Shown here one piece after another: positions 30,830 to 43,884 of a DNA stretch of 64,000 bases (the first letter of the stretch is position 1; the number at the start of each line of letters is the position of its first letter). Below the pieces are notes generated by a model. The model was not told the origin of the DNA. It did not search any database and saw only the letters and a list, made by a program, of their open reading frames with translations. The position numbers and the translations under genes were made by a program. The DNA is from Polyangiales bacterium (GTDB lineage: Bacteria > Myxococcota_A > Polyangia > Polyangiales > JADJQN01): assembly GCA_964202905.1 (NCBI GenBank), contig CAXNJO010000003.1, forward strand, positions 704,001 to 768,000. The letters run 5' to 3'.

Positions 30830-30862
30830 CGCGCAAAGACTTGCAAAACAAGGCTTTGCGCG
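30830..30862. terminator. hairpin between convergent genes
   Basis: CGCGCAAAG-A-CTTG-CAAAA-CAAG-G-CTTTGCGCG. Confidence 0.5.
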
Positions 30863-30867
30863 ATGGG

Positions 30868-31651
30868 TCAGCGACCGCGTGGCGGTCGGAAGCCGGCGCG
30901 GCGCGCTTCGGCTTCCGTGCAGAACCAGCGCTCGCCGTGCGCCTCGTCCACCCGCGTCGCCGCATACGGGCGCGTGCCGGGCAGGTGGTAGATGCGCTCT
31001 CCGCGCGCGCTGACGTTGCCCTTGATGAGGCAGTCGGGGCGCGGCGGCGTGCTCGCGCGGGGCGGCCCGTCGGCGCGCGTCTCGCCCGCGCGGCGGGCGC
31101 GGCGCCACTCCCACGGCGGCTGGCACTGGCCTGGCCCAGAGCCCGCGGCGTGCGCGGCGCGCGTCGTCTTCGGCGGCGACGTGGTCGAGTCCGTAGCTGC
31201 GGTACGCGAAGGCGAGGCCGGAGCGCACGAGCCACGCGCCGAGGTCTTCGCGGCCCATCGCGCACGACGCGACGGTGCGACCGTGCACGTCGTTGCCGCC
31301 CACCGTGCAGCGCAGTTCCTGCCCGGCGATCTTCGCGTCGAGCGCGAGGCGCGCGGCTTCGCCCGCGAGGTGCGGCTGGCCGCGGGCGTCGGTGCACGCC
31401 TGCGAGCGCTCGGGCGCGTCGACGGCCCGGAGGCGGATCCGCGCGCCGCCGACGTCGAGCGTGTCGCCGTCGATGACGCGCGCGACGCCGCGGATCACGC
31501 CGGGCTCGGCGGGCTGCGCGGACGCGGTGCACGCCGCGCACGGCGCGAGGCCCGCCGCGACGAGGGCCGCCACGAGGGCACGGACACCGCGCTGCCGCGG
31601 CCGCGCGTGACGCGCGACGCCCTCCGACCCAACACGCCGAGACGCCTGCAT
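30868..31651 (-). CDS. secreted thermonuclease (SNase family) with C-terminal CxIKGN...WFC domain; apparent frameshift near 31135
   Basis: VIDGDTL...IRLRAVDAPE, GLW, then CLIKGNVS...IYHLPG...ERWFCTEAEA in another frame. Confidence 0.82.
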
Positions 31652-31768
31652 CGGCCCATGGTCCCAGACGCGCGGCGACTTGCCCAGCGCCGTCCCCGCA
31701 GCCCCGCACGCCGCGCGATCTTTTGAGCACCAACGGGCACGCGCGACGTGATTGAATCTCCAGCGCGA

Positions 31769-33115
31769 ATGAACGCCATCGTCCGAGAGCGCACACACCG
31801 GGACGCAGGGCGCGGCCGTTCGCGCGTCACCCCCACGGCCCACGCGCGGCCCGCGGCGCCGCCCCGCCGGGGCATCGCGGCCCTCTGCGGCATAGCCCTC
31901 TGCGCGGCCCTCCTCGGCGGCCCGCAGCGGGCGGCCGCGAGCCCGCCGGACCTCTTCGGCTTCGGCTCGCGCAGCCCCGCGATGGCGGGCACCGGCGTGT
32001 CCTTCGCCGACGACTACGAGTCGACCTTCGTGAACCCGGCGGGCCTCGCGCGGGCCCGGCAGCGCGGGCTGACGTTCGGCCTCCAGGGCGGCGCCTACCG
32101 CTACGAGCTCGACGGAGAGCGGCTCCCGCTCGCGCCGGTGAAGGCCAACGTCATCGGCGGCACCATCCCGCTGCCTTTCGGCGGCGTGATGGAGGACCGC
32201 CTCACGCTCGGGCTCGGCTTCTACACGCCGCTCGACATCGTGCTCGTCGGCGACATCGGCTACGCCGACGTGCCGCGCGCCATCGTGCTCGACCGCGCGC
32301 AGTCGCTCGCGATCCAGTTCGGGCTCGGCCTCGACCTGCACGGCGTGGTCGACGGACTGCGCGTCGGCGCCGGCGTCACCGCGCTCGGCTCGTTCGCGGG
32401 CTCGATCCTCGCGGGCATCGACGCGACGGGGAAGTTCGGCTCCGTCGTCGAGACACAGGTGATCGCGACGTTCGCGCCGATCGTCGGTGCCAGCTACGAC
32501 GTCGGCGAGTTCTCCTTCGGCGCGGCGTGGCATGGCGAGATCCGTTCGGAGTTCGTCTTCCGCATCACGACGCGGGACCTGCCGCTGACGGTGCCCGTGC
32601 TGAACATCGGCGGGATCGCGCAGTACGACCCGCAGACCTTCGTGCTCGAGGCGTCGTGGCGCGCGACGCCCGCGCTGCGCGTCGTCGCCGGCGCGTCCTA
32701 CGCGCTGTGGAGCGACTACCCGGGGCCGCTCATCTCGACGAGCCGCGGCTCGCCGGCGCCGCCCGCGATGAACTTCGCGAACACGCTCACGCCGCGCGTC
32801 GCCGCGGAGTACACGCTCCGCACCGGGCGCACCGCGATCCACCTGCGCGCGGGCTACGCCTACGTGCCGACCCCCGCGCCCCCGGCCCGCGCCGAGGCGC
32901 GCTACCTCGACAACGACAGGCATCTCGTCACGGGCGGCGCCGGCCTCGATCTGACGCTCGGCGACGACGGCGCGCGGCTGCTCGTCGACGCCTACCTGAG
33001 CACGAGCCTGCTGGCGTCGCGCACGCACGATGCGCCGGCCGAGGGGCGGACGACGAACATGGAATCGAGCGGCTTCGTCGTCGTCGGCGGCGGGTCGGTG
33101 GGGGTCGCATGGTGA
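31769..33115 (+). CDS. FadL/OmpP1-like outer-membrane channel
   Basis: signal peptide, FGFGSR..AMAG...NPAGL hatch motif, YLDNDR, C-terminal aromatic residue. Confidence 0.75.
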   Translation: MNAIVRERTHRDAGRGRSRVTPTAHARPAAPPRRGIAALCGIALCAALLGGPQRAAASPPDLFGFGSRSPAMAGTGVSFADDYESTFVNPAGLARARQRGLTFGLQGGAYRYELDGERLPLAPVKANVIGGTIPLPFGGVMEDRLTLGLGFYTPLDIVLVGDIGYADVPRAIVLDRAQSLAIQFGLGLDLHGVVDGLRVGAGVTALGSFAGSILAGIDATGKFGSVVETQVIATFAPIVGASYDVGEFSFGAAWHGEIRSEFVFRITTRDLPLTVPVLNIGGIAQYDPQTFVLEASWRATPALRVVAGASYALWSDYPGPLISTSRGSPAPPAMNFANTLTPRVAAEYTLRTGRTAIHLRAGYAYVPTPAPPARAEARYLDNDRHLVTGGAGLDLTLGDDGARLLVDAYLSTSLLASRTHDAPAEGRTTNMESSGFVVVGGGSVGVAW

Positions 33116-34515
33116 CGCGCACATCGGGTCGCACGGCCACGCGCAGCACGACGGCGCGCATCGTCTTCGGTCTCGGGACGCTCGGCGCCGCGCTCGCGCT
33201 CGCAGCCCTCGCGCCCATCCCGACCGCGCGCGCGAATCCGCCCGACACCTTCGGCCTCGGCGCACGCAGCGCCGCGATGGGCGGCGCCGTCACGGCCGAC
33301 GTCTCGGATTTCTCCGCGAGCTACTACAACCCCGCGGGCCTCGCCGAGACGGGTGATCTGCGCCTCGAGGTCGGCTACTACCGCGCGCACCCCGAGCTGC
33401 GCATGGCAGGGCGCGACAACGAGCTCGACGACATCCGCGCCGTCGTCGGCGGGCTCGTCGTGCCGGGCCGCATCGCGGGCACGACGTTCGCGTTCGGCCT
33501 CGCGCTGCAGCTCCCCGACGAGCGCATCTCGCGCACCCGCTCGCTGCCGCTCACGCAGGCGCGCTGGGAGCTCTACGACAACCGCCCGCACCGGCTCTTC
33601 CTCGGCGTGAACCTCGCGTGGAAGCCGCTCGATTGGCTCTCCTTCGGCGGCGGCATCTCGTTCATGTCCACGAGCGAGACGCGCCTCGAGGTGACGGGCG
33701 AGATCCCCGCGATCGGCGCCGCGACGCGCTCGCGCCTCGAGCACGCGCTGCGCACCGATCTGCTGAGCGTCCGCTACCCGCAGGCGGGCGTGCAGGTGAA
33801 GGCGAGCGACTCGCTCAGTTTCGGCCTGAGCTACCGCGGCGAGTTCCAGCTCGGCCTCGCGCTCGACGCGAACGTGACGGCCGACATCACGCTCGGCGCC
33901 GACGCCATCCCCGTCTACTTCCAGATCCTCACGGCGAGCATCAACGCCTTCCTCCCGCAGCAGCTCACGCTCGGCGCCGCGTGGCACCCGCTGCCCTCGC
34001 TGCGCATCGGCCTCGATCTCACCTGGGTCGACTGGTCCGCGTACCGCGCGCCCGTCGGCAAGACGGACGTCGTGCTCGACCTGACCGTGCCGCCGGCCTT
34101 CTCGATGTTCGTGACGCAGCCCGGGCCGATCAGCGGCTCCCGGCCCGTGCCCGCGAACTTCACCGACCGCATCGTCCCGCGGCTCGGCGTCGAGTGGCTC
34201 GCGGCCGAGACGCGCTACGTCGACGTGCGCGTGCGCGGCGGCTACTTCTACGAACTCTCGCCGGTGCCCGTGCAGAGCGGGCTCAGCAACTTCGTCGACA
34301 CCGACCGGCACGCGTTCTCGACGGGCTTCGGCGTCGCGCTGCACGACCTCGGCGCGGGGCTGCCCGGCACGCTGCTCTTCGACGCCTATTTCCAGGGCAG
34401 CTACATGGTCCCGCGCACCATGACGAAGGCCTCGCTCCTCGATCCCACAGGCAGCTACGTCGCGGAGGGCGCGATCTGGGCGGCCGGCGCGACGACGGGA
34501 GTGACCTTCGAATGA
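33109..34515 (+). CDS. FadL/OmpP1-like outer-membrane channel, paralog
   Basis: FGLGARSAAMGGA...YYNPAGL, VDTDRH, C-terminal F. Confidence 0.78.
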   Translation: MVTRTSGRTATRSTTARIVFGLGTLGAALALAALAPIPTARANPPDTFGLGARSAAMGGAVTADVSDFSASYYNPAGLAETGDLRLEVGYYRAHPELRMAGRDNELDDIRAVVGGLVVPGRIAGTTFAFGLALQLPDERISRTRSLPLTQARWELYDNRPHRLFLGVNLAWKPLDWLSFGGGISFMSTSETRLEVTGEIPAIGAATRSRLEHALRTDLLSVRYPQAGVQVKASDSLSFGLSYRGEFQLGLALDANVTADITLGADAIPVYFQILTASINAFLPQQLTLGAAWHPLPSLRIGLDLTWVDWSAYRAPVGKTDVVLDLTVPPAFSMFVTQPGPISGSRPVPANFTDRIVPRLGVEWLAAETRYVDVRVRGGYFYELSPVPVQSGLSNFVDTDRHAFSTGFGVALHDLGAGLPGTLLFDAYFQGSYMVPRTMTKASLLDPTGSYVAEGAIWAAGATTGVTFE

Positions 34516-35741
34516 CGCGCCGCGTTACACCTCCGCGACCCCTCGTTTTCGGCATGTTCTCGCGACCGGCGACGCTCGCCCGCGTGGCACTGACGGCCGC
34601 GCTCGCGCTCGCGCCGTCCGCGTGCGGCACGGGCGGCGAGGAGAGCCGCGGCGGCATGTCGGGGCTGCCCGGCGCGGGGCTCGGGCCGTATCGGCGCCTC
34701 GACACCGACGAGGTCTCCGGCCGCCTCGCGCTGCGCCGCATGGCCCTCGTCGAGAGCGGGATGGTGCTCCGCGGCGCGGGCCCGCAGCCCGCGCTGTTCT
34801 ACACGGCGGCCGACCTGCCGCCCGCTCCGCTGCCGCCGCTTCCCGACGCGGGCATGGCCGTCGATGCGGGCGCCGACGTCGATGGCGGCGTCGATCTCGA
34901 CGCGGGCATGGCCGCCGATGCGGGCGCCGACGTGGATGGCGGCGTCGATCTCGACGCGGGCATGGCCGTCGATGCGGGCGCCGACGTGGATGGCGGCGTC
35001 GCCGATCCGCTCGCGGGCTTCGCGCCGCGCCGCATCCTGCGCAGCAACCCCGGTGATGGCCCCGCCTTCAGCGGCGGCGAGCCGGTGCTCGAGGCGCGCG
35101 AGGCGTGGGAGGGCGACGCCGTGTTCGATCCGTGGGCGGTCGCGCTCGCGGACGGGCGCGTGCGGCTCTATTACGCGGCCGCGGGCGGGCTCGGCGTCGC
35201 CGAGGCGGCCAGCGTCGCCGGGCCCTTCACGCGCGTCGGCGCGGGCCCGATCCTCGCCGGGCTGCGGCGCCCGACCGTCACCGCGCGCCCCGACGGCGCG
35301 CCCGGCTTCCTGCTCTACGCCGAGGACGCAGGCACGATCGTCGTCGCCACGTCCGCGGACGGACTCGCCTTCACCGCGCCCGAGGCCGTCGATCTCGGCT
35401 TCCCGCCGGGCGACGCGGGCGTGCCGCAGGTCGCGGTCGGCAGCCCCGGCGCGGGCCTCCAGATCCCGACGCTCGATCCGCCCCGCGTGGTGCTCTTCTT
35501 CGAGTCGCGCCGCGCCGACGGCTCGCAGACGCTCGGCATCGCCGCCTCCCGCGACGGGCGCACCTTCGAGCGCGCGACGTTGCCATCCTTCGGGATGGGG
35601 TTGGCCGAAGGCTTCCCGGCGCCGGACTTCGTCGATGCGCAGACGACGCTGCTCTACTTCACGGTCGCGGCCGTCACGGACGACCGTCCCTCGCGCGCGC
35701 TCACCGTCGCGGTGAGCCCGGGCACGCTGCGCTTCGACTGA
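34512..35741 (+). CDS. lipoprotein with acidic tandem-repeat linker and a glycoside-hydrolase-like beta-propeller
   Basis: lipobox-like PSAC; WE...VFDP.A...RLYY, S.DG..F blade-like repeats. Confidence 0.6.
   Translation: MTRRVTPPRPLVFGMFSRPATLARVALTAALALAPSACGTGGEESRGGMSGLPGAGLGPYRRLDTDEVSGRLALRRMALVESGMVLRGAGPQPALFYTAADLPPAPLPPLPDAGMAVDAGADVDGGVDLDAGMAADAGADVDGGVDLDAGMAVDAGADVDGGVADPLAGFAPRRILRSNPGDGPAFSGGEPVLEAREAWEGDAVFDPWAVALADGRVRLYYAAAGGLGVAEAASVAGPFTRVGAGPILAGLRRPTVTARPDGAPGFLLYAEDAGTIVVATSADGLAFTAPEAVDLGFPPGDAGVPQVAVGSPGAGLQIPTLDPPRVVLFFESRRADGSQTLGIAASRDGRTFERATLPSFGMGLAEGFPAPDFVDAQTTLLYFTVAAVTDDRPSRALTVAVSPGTLRFD
34845..35000 (+). repeat. intragenic 54-bp tandem repeat, about 3 copies (DAGMAVDAGADVDGGVDL)
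   Basis: direct reading of the sequence. Confidence 0.9.
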
Positions 35742-35768
35742 GCCGCGTCGCGCGCCCACAGGAGCCCC

Positions 35769-36566
35769 ATGGAGAACGACCTCGACCGCGCCACGCGGCT
35801 CACCGCGCTCGGCGGCGGCACCTTCGCCGCGCAGATCCCGGACGGCTGGCAACAAGGGCGCGGCGCCTACGGCGGCCTCGTCGTCGCGGCGCTGCTGCGC
35901 GCCGTCGAGCACGCGGAGTCGGAGCCCGAGCGCACGCTGCGCGCGATCTCCGCGGAGATCTGCGCGCCGGTGGGCGTCGGCGACGCGACGATCCGCGTGG
36001 AGCCGCTGCGCCGCGGGGCGGCGGTCGGCTACTACGACGCGCGGCTCGTGCAGCAGGGCGAGGTGCAGGCCCGCGCGAGCGTCGTGCTCGGCGCAGCGCG
36101 GCCCGTCGACTCGGCGGTGCCGGCCCCGACGCCGCCCTCCCCGCCCGCGTGGCGCGGGCTCCCGGTCATCGCGGTCGCGCCGCCGCTCGGCCCGCAGTTC
36201 GCGCAGCACTTCGAGTACCGCCCGACGGGCGTGCCGCCGTTCAGCGGCAGCCCGGAGGCGAGCGCCTCCGGCTTTCTGCGCGAGCGCTCCCCGCGCACGC
36301 GCTTCGACGCCCCCGCCGTGCTCGCGCACCTCGACGCGTGGTGGCCCGCGCTCTTCGCCGTCGAGCGCGCGCCGCGCCCCTGCGCGACGGTGTGCTTCAC
36401 CGCGCAGCTGCTCGTCGATCCCGCGACGCTGCCCGCAGGTGAGCCGCTCTTCCACCGGGCCCGCGTCGAGGCGCTGCGCGAGGGCTATTTCGTCGAGTTT
36501 CGCGAGCTCTGGAGCGGCCCGACGCTCGTCGCGCTGAACCAGCAGACCTTCGCCGTGCTGCGATGA
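35769..36566 (+). CDS. acyl-CoA thioesterase (double hotdog, TesB-like)
   Basis: W.QGRGAYGG, DAWWP motifs. Confidence 0.8.
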   Translation: MENDLDRATRLTALGGGTFAAQIPDGWQQGRGAYGGLVVAALLRAVEHAESEPERTLRAISAEICAPVGVGDATIRVEPLRRGAAVGYYDARLVQQGEVQARASVVLGAARPVDSAVPAPTPPSPPAWRGLPVIAVAPPLGPQFAQHFEYRPTGVPPFSGSPEASASGFLRERSPRTRFDAPAVLAHLDAWWPALFAVERAPRPCATVCFTAQLLVDPATLPAGEPLFHRARVEALREGYFVEFRELWSGPTLVALNQQTFAVLR

Positions 36567-36632
36567 GCGGGGCCCCGCGCCCGCCCGGCACGCCGACGCC
36601 CCGCGCATCGACGCCCGGCAACGCACGCGCCC

Positions 36633-37418
36633 TTGGCGCCCGGTGTCGAGGCGGCCGAGGTCGAGGCGGCCGAGCGCGCCGTCGCGCGGCTGCCCCGCTT
36701 GCGCGCGGGTTGGGTCGGGCGCGCCCTCTTCCTCGGGCTCTTCCTCGCCACGCCGATGATCGCGATGCGCTTCCCGGCGTTCCGCGCGCAGCTCGCGTCC
36801 CTCGCGTACGGGCTGCGCGACGGCGGGGTCGGGGCGCTCGCGATCTACTGGGTGGTCTGCGCGTTGAGCGGCGTGCTCGCGACGCCGGTCGTGCTGTTCG
36901 CGGGCGTCGCCGGCTTCGCGTTCGGGCCGGTCGGCGGCGTGGGCGCGGCGCTGCCGGGCATCACGCTGCACGCGTGCAGCGCGTTCCTCGTCGGGCGTAC
37001 GTTCCTGCGCGCGCGCGTCGCGCGGCGCCTCGCGGGCAACGCGCGCTGGTCCGCGATCGAGGGCGCGCTCCGGGCCGAGGGCTTCCGCATCGCGCTGTTG
37101 CTGCGCCTCACGCCGTTCATGCCGCAGAACCTGCTCAGCTACGCGTTCAGCGCGAGCCCGCTCCCCTTCGCACGGTTCGCGCTCGCGACGACGCTCGGCC
37201 TCGCGCCGATCGTCGCCGTGCAGGCCACGCTCGGCAGCCTCGTGCAGGACGCCGCGCAGCTGCTCGACAGCGACGGGGACGCGTCCAGCCAGCTCGCGCT
37301 GCTCGTCGGCAGCGCGGTCGTGTCGCTGGTCGCGCTCTACGCCGTCACGCGCGTCGCCTCGCGCGCGCTCGGCCGCGCGATGGCGCGGCACGACACGCCC
37401 CCGCCACCCGGTCCATGA
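36633..37418 (+). CDS. TVP38/TMEM64 (VTT/DedA) membrane protein; start uncertain, possibly ATG 36563 with a frameshift
   Basis: AGFAFG, FLVGR, LLRLTP.MPQNLLSY. Confidence 0.8.
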   Translation: MAPGVEAAEVEAAERAVARLPRLRAGWVGRALFLGLFLATPMIAMRFPAFRAQLASLAYGLRDGGVGALAIYWVVCALSGVLATPVVLFAGVAGFAFGPVGGVGAALPGITLHACSAFLVGRTFLRARVARRLAGNARWSAIEGALRAEGFRIALLLRLTPFMPQNLLSYAFSASPLPFARFALATTLGLAPIVAVQATLGSLVQDAAQLLDSDGDASSQLALLVGSAVVSLVALYAVTRVASRALGRAMARHDTPPPPGP

Positions 37419-37503
37419 CCGCAAGGTCCTTGCGGTGTTCGGTCGAGCACCCCTGATTTTCTGGGCACATCGCAGGCTCGCGCGCTGGAGGTCCCCGCAG
37501 GCG

Positions 37504-38163
37504 TCAGCGCCTCACGCCGAGCCAGACGTGCTCGTGGAACGTGGTCACGCCGCGCTCGCGGTAGCGTGGGCTCTCCGGGAGGATGTCGTGCCGGCCGAGC
37601 AGCGTGAGCGCGAACGAGGCGTCGAAGAGCGCGCGCACCTCGTCGTCCGGGACGCTGTGCGGCGGTCCGACGGGCGGGCCATCGAAGACGAAGGTCACGA
37701 GCAGGAGCCGCCCCGCGGGCCGCACGAACGACGCGAGGTGCGGCGCGTAGCGGCTGCGCAGCGCGGGCGGCAGGGCGACGAGCGCCGCGCGATCCCAGAC
37801 CGCGTCGAACGTCCCGAGCCCCGCGGCGTCCTGCGCGAAGAAGTCGCCGACGACGATCGTGATGCCCCGCGCCGCGTAGCGCGCGACGCCGTCCGCGCGC
37901 GTCACCGCCGGCGTGAGCCCGCGCTCCGCGAAGAAGGCCGAGGCCGCGTCCTCGACGAGCTCGACGCCGACGACCTCCGCGCCCTGCGCGGCGAGGAACT
38001 CGAGGTCGACGCTCTTGCCGCAGAGCGGGACGAGCACGCGCCGCGGATCGGGCCCGGCTCCGAGCAGCGCGTCGAGGTGCGCGCGCAGGAAGGGGTTCAC
38101 ATCCCCGCGGTGAAAACCGATCTGCCCGCTCCGCCAACGCTCCCGCCAGAACTCCGGTTCCAT
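37504..38163 (-). CDS. tpm: thiopurine S-methyltransferase family
   Basis: FWRERW...IGFH, VLVPLCGKS.D, WDRAALVALP, GPP.SV. Confidence 0.9.
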   Translation of the reverse strand: MEPEFWRERWRSGQIGFHRGDVNPFLRAHLDALLGAGPDPRRVLVPLCGKSVDLEFLAAQGAEVVGVELVEDAASAFFAERGLTPAVTRADGVARYAARGITIVVGDFFAQDAAGLGTFDAVWDRAALVALPPALRSRYAPHLASFVRPAGRLLLVTFVFDGPPVGPPHSVPDDEVRALFDASFALTLLGRHDILPESPRYRERGVTTFHEHVWLGVRR

Positions 38164-38193
38164 GCGCGCGAGCATGGCACCGCGCAGGTCCGC

Positions 38194-38712
38194 TCAGCCA
38201 GCCGGCACCCGCACGAGCAGCGCGTCGAAGCGCTCGCACAGCGTCGCGAGGCTGCGCTGGTCGTTGAGGCGATGGCCCGCATCGACCAGCGTGAGCTCCA
38301 CGCGATGCGCGTCCGCGAAGCGCAGCACGTTCGCCGACGGCACGACGTCGTCGCCCCAGCCGTGCACGACGGACACGTCCGCGGGCAGCCCTAGAAACGT
38401 CTTCACCTCAAGCCCCGGCTTGTCGAGGTAGACGGCGGGCGCCATCAGAAAGAGCGCCGCCGGCCGGACGTGTTCGCACGCGACGAGGGACACGTAGGCG
38501 CCGAGGCTCGATCCGACGAGCACGACGGGACGCGGCAGGCGCGTCGCGTGGGCGACCAGGCGCTCGACGCGATCCGCGGGCGAGCGATCCGCGCGGTAGT
38601 TGAGCGCGTCGACGTGCGCGCCGCGACGCCGCGCGACCTCGGAGAGCGCATCGATCTTGGAGCCGGTGGGACCGGACTCGAGCCCGTGCGAGAAGACGAC
38701 GTTCAGCGCCAT
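38194..38712 (-). CDS. small alpha/beta hydrolase (YqiA-like)
   Basis: FSHGLES, GSSLG nucleophile elbow, HGWGDDVV, GH.L. Confidence 0.85.
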   Translation of the reverse strand: MALNVVFSHGLESGPTGSKIDALSEVARRRGAHVDALNYRADRSPADRVERLVAHATRLPRPVVLVGSSLGAYVSLVACEHVRPAALFLMAPAVYLDKPGLEVKTFLGLPADVSVVHGWGDDVVPSANVLRFADAHRVELTLVDAGHRLNDQRSLATLCERFDALLVRVPAG

Positions 38713-38813
38713 CGGGCGGCGATAGCACGAACCGCGACCCACGCGGGGCGGGTCGGCCCGGGCCGCACGAGCGCCCCCGACGCGCGCAGGCGCGCCGCTG
38801 CTATCGTCGCCCG

Positions 38814-39479
38814 ATGACGCGCGGCTGGCTGCGACGCACGTACGACCGCGAGGTGCTCGGGCGGCTGCTCGACGCGGGCATGCGCGGCGTCGCGCCCGTG
38901 CGCGCCGAGCTGCTCGCGCCGCTCCGCGGCCGCGTCGTGGAGCTTGGGTTCGGCACCGGCGCGAACCTCCCGCATTACCCCGCGGCGGTGACCGAGCTCG
39001 TCGCGGTCGAGCCGAGCGAGGGACTCGCCGCGCTCGCCCGCGCGCGCCTCGCGGCCGGGCCGCTCGCGCACCGCGTGGTGGTCGGCAGCGCGTCACGCCC
39101 GCTGCCCCTCGACGCGGGCTCCTTCGACGCCGCCGTCGTGACCTTCGTCCTCTGCAGCGCGCGTGACGTGGCCGCGCTGCTCGCCGAAGCACGCCGACTG
39201 CTCGCGCCGGGCGCCCCGCTCCATGTCGCCGAGCACGTCGCGGCGCCGGGGCCCGCGCTCGCGATGACGCAGCGCGTCATCCGACCTGCATGGCGCGCGG
39301 TGCTCGGCGGCTGCGACCCGGCGCGGGACAGTCGCGCCGCGCTCGAGGCCGCGGGCTTCGACACCACGGGGCTCCGCGACGTGCGCCTCGCGCTGCCTTT
39401 CCCCGTCGGGACGGGGCTCGTCGGGCGCGCAATCCCGCGCGTCGGGGCGCCCCCCCGGGACGGGCCCCAGGGCGGGTGA
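38814..39479 (+). CDS. class I SAM-dependent methyltransferase
   Basis: VELGFGTGAN, FVLCS, L.PG...EH. Confidence 0.85.
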   Translation: MTRGWLRRTYDREVLGRLLDAGMRGVAPVRAELLAPLRGRVVELGFGTGANLPHYPAAVTELVAVEPSEGLAALARARLAAGPLAHRVVVGSASRPLPLDAGSFDAAVVTFVLCSARDVAALLAEARRLLAPGAPLHVAEHVAAPGPALAMTQRVIRPAWRAVLGGCDPARDSRAALEAAGFDTTGLRDVRLALPFPVGTGLVGRAIPRVGAPPRDGPQGG

Positions 39480-39488
39480 TCGCGCCCG

Positions 39489-41459
<1,971 letters not shown>

Positions 41460-41531
41460 CGCGGCGGCCTCTAGCAGCAAGCGTCGCGCGGCGCGACCCG
41501 CAAGTCTTGCGCGCGACGCGGGAGGCGCGCG

Positions 41532-42728
<1,197 letters not shown>

Positions 42729-42971
42729 CGCACCTCACGCCCCGCGAACGGCGGGACCTCTGCTGCCTGAACCCGTGCGGGAGCTTACCGAGCCGCGCGC
42801 GTGTCGTCTTGCGTTTCCTGCTTGGACCGATGGCGCCCGTCGTGCAGAGTCCCGACGCGCGCGTCGAGCGCGCCGCGGGAAGAAAATGCCCGATGACCGG
42901 CGGTGTACGGCACACCGCGCGGGAGACGCGCATGGGCGCCCGGCGCGGCAGACCGAGATGAGACAATCCCC

Positions 42972-42999
42972 TCAAGAGTTCGCCCGATCCTGCCGATGG
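42972..42999 (+). promoter_or_regulatory. sigma28 (FliA)-type promoter of motA
   Basis: TCAAG-N15-GCCGATGG. Confidence 0.7.
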
Positions 43000-43022
43000 C
43001 GACCGGGAGGCACGACACACCC

Positions 43023-43883
43023 ATGATGGTCCTGGTCGGAGTAGTCGTCGTGATCGTCGCCGTCCTCGGCGGGTTCACCATTGCAGGCGGACACATCCCC
43101 GTCCTGTTTCACATTTCCGAGTTCGTCACGATCGGTGGCGTCGCGCTCGGCGGCATCCTCATCTCTACGCCCGTCAAGGTCATCAAGGCGACGATCGCCA
43201 AGATGAAGCACCTGCTCCGCAAGGACCCGTTCGACCGCGCCCTCTACCTCGACGCGCTCAAGCTGCTGTACGAGTTCTTCCAGATCGCCCGCAAGGACGG
43301 CCTCGTCGGCGTCGAAGGCCACATCGAAAACCCCGACAAGAGCGCCATCTTCGCGAAGTACGCGAAGGTCATGGAGCACCACCACGCCGTCGAGTTCTTC
43401 TGCGACTCGATGCGTCTCGTGATCGCCGGCAGCGTGCCGCCGCACGACCTCGAGGCGATGATGGACGAGGAAATCGACGTGCATCACCACGCCGAGGCCG
43501 CGACCGTCGGCGCCGTCCAGAAGGTCGGCGACGCGCTCCCGGGCATCGGGATCGTCGCCGCGGTGCTCGGCATCGTCGTGACGATGAGCGCGATCTCCGG
43601 CCCCGTCGAAGTCATCGGCGAGAAGGTCGGCGCGGCGCTCACCGGGACGTTCCTCGGCGTGCTCGCGGCGTACGGGTTCCTGAACCCGATGGCGACGGGC
43701 ATGGAACACCTCAACGACGCGGAGTCGCGCTTCTACTACTTCTTCAAGTCGGCGGTCGTCGCGAGCGCGAAGGGCTTCCCGCCCATCGTCGCCGTCGAGT
43801 TCGCGCGGCGCGCGATCAGCGCGGACGTGCGCCCCACGTTCGCGGAGATGGAGACCGCCTGCACCGGCAAGGCGAAGGACTGA
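43023..43883 (+). CDS. motA: flagellar stator protein MotA
   Basis: ARKDG...E, DALPGIGIVAAVLG, GAALTGTFLG, VEFARR. Confidence 0.95.
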   Translation: MMVLVGVVVVIVAVLGGFTIAGGHIPVLFHISEFVTIGGVALGGILISTPVKVIKATIAKMKHLLRKDPFDRALYLDALKLLYEFFQIARKDGLVGVEGHIENPDKSAIFAKYAKVMEHHHAVEFFCDSMRLVIAGSVPPHDLEAMMDEEIDVHHHAEAATVGAVQKVGDALPGIGIVAAVLGIVVTMSAISGPVEVIGEKVGAALTGTFLGVLAAYGFLNPMATGMEHLNDAESRFYYFFKSAVVASAKGFPPIVAVEFARRAISADVRPTFAEMETACTGKAKD

Positions 43884-43884
43884 C

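Noticed and set aside
16358..31000. Maf-type flagellin glycosylation island
   Set aside because: No Maf-like gene was recognised, and a Wzx flippase points to a polysaccharide; the flagellin link is left as inference only.
29759..33265. 1168-aa minus-strand ORF and other long Arg/Ala-rich ORFs (e.g. 34455..37424, 39495..41474, 54911..56644)
   Set aside because: Shadow frames of real genes in high-GC DNA; only the nuclease part of the first one is credible.
34845..35000. 54-bp repeat as a regulatory or mobile DNA repeat
   Set aside because: It is in frame and encodes a low-complexity acidic linker like those in other lipoproteins here.
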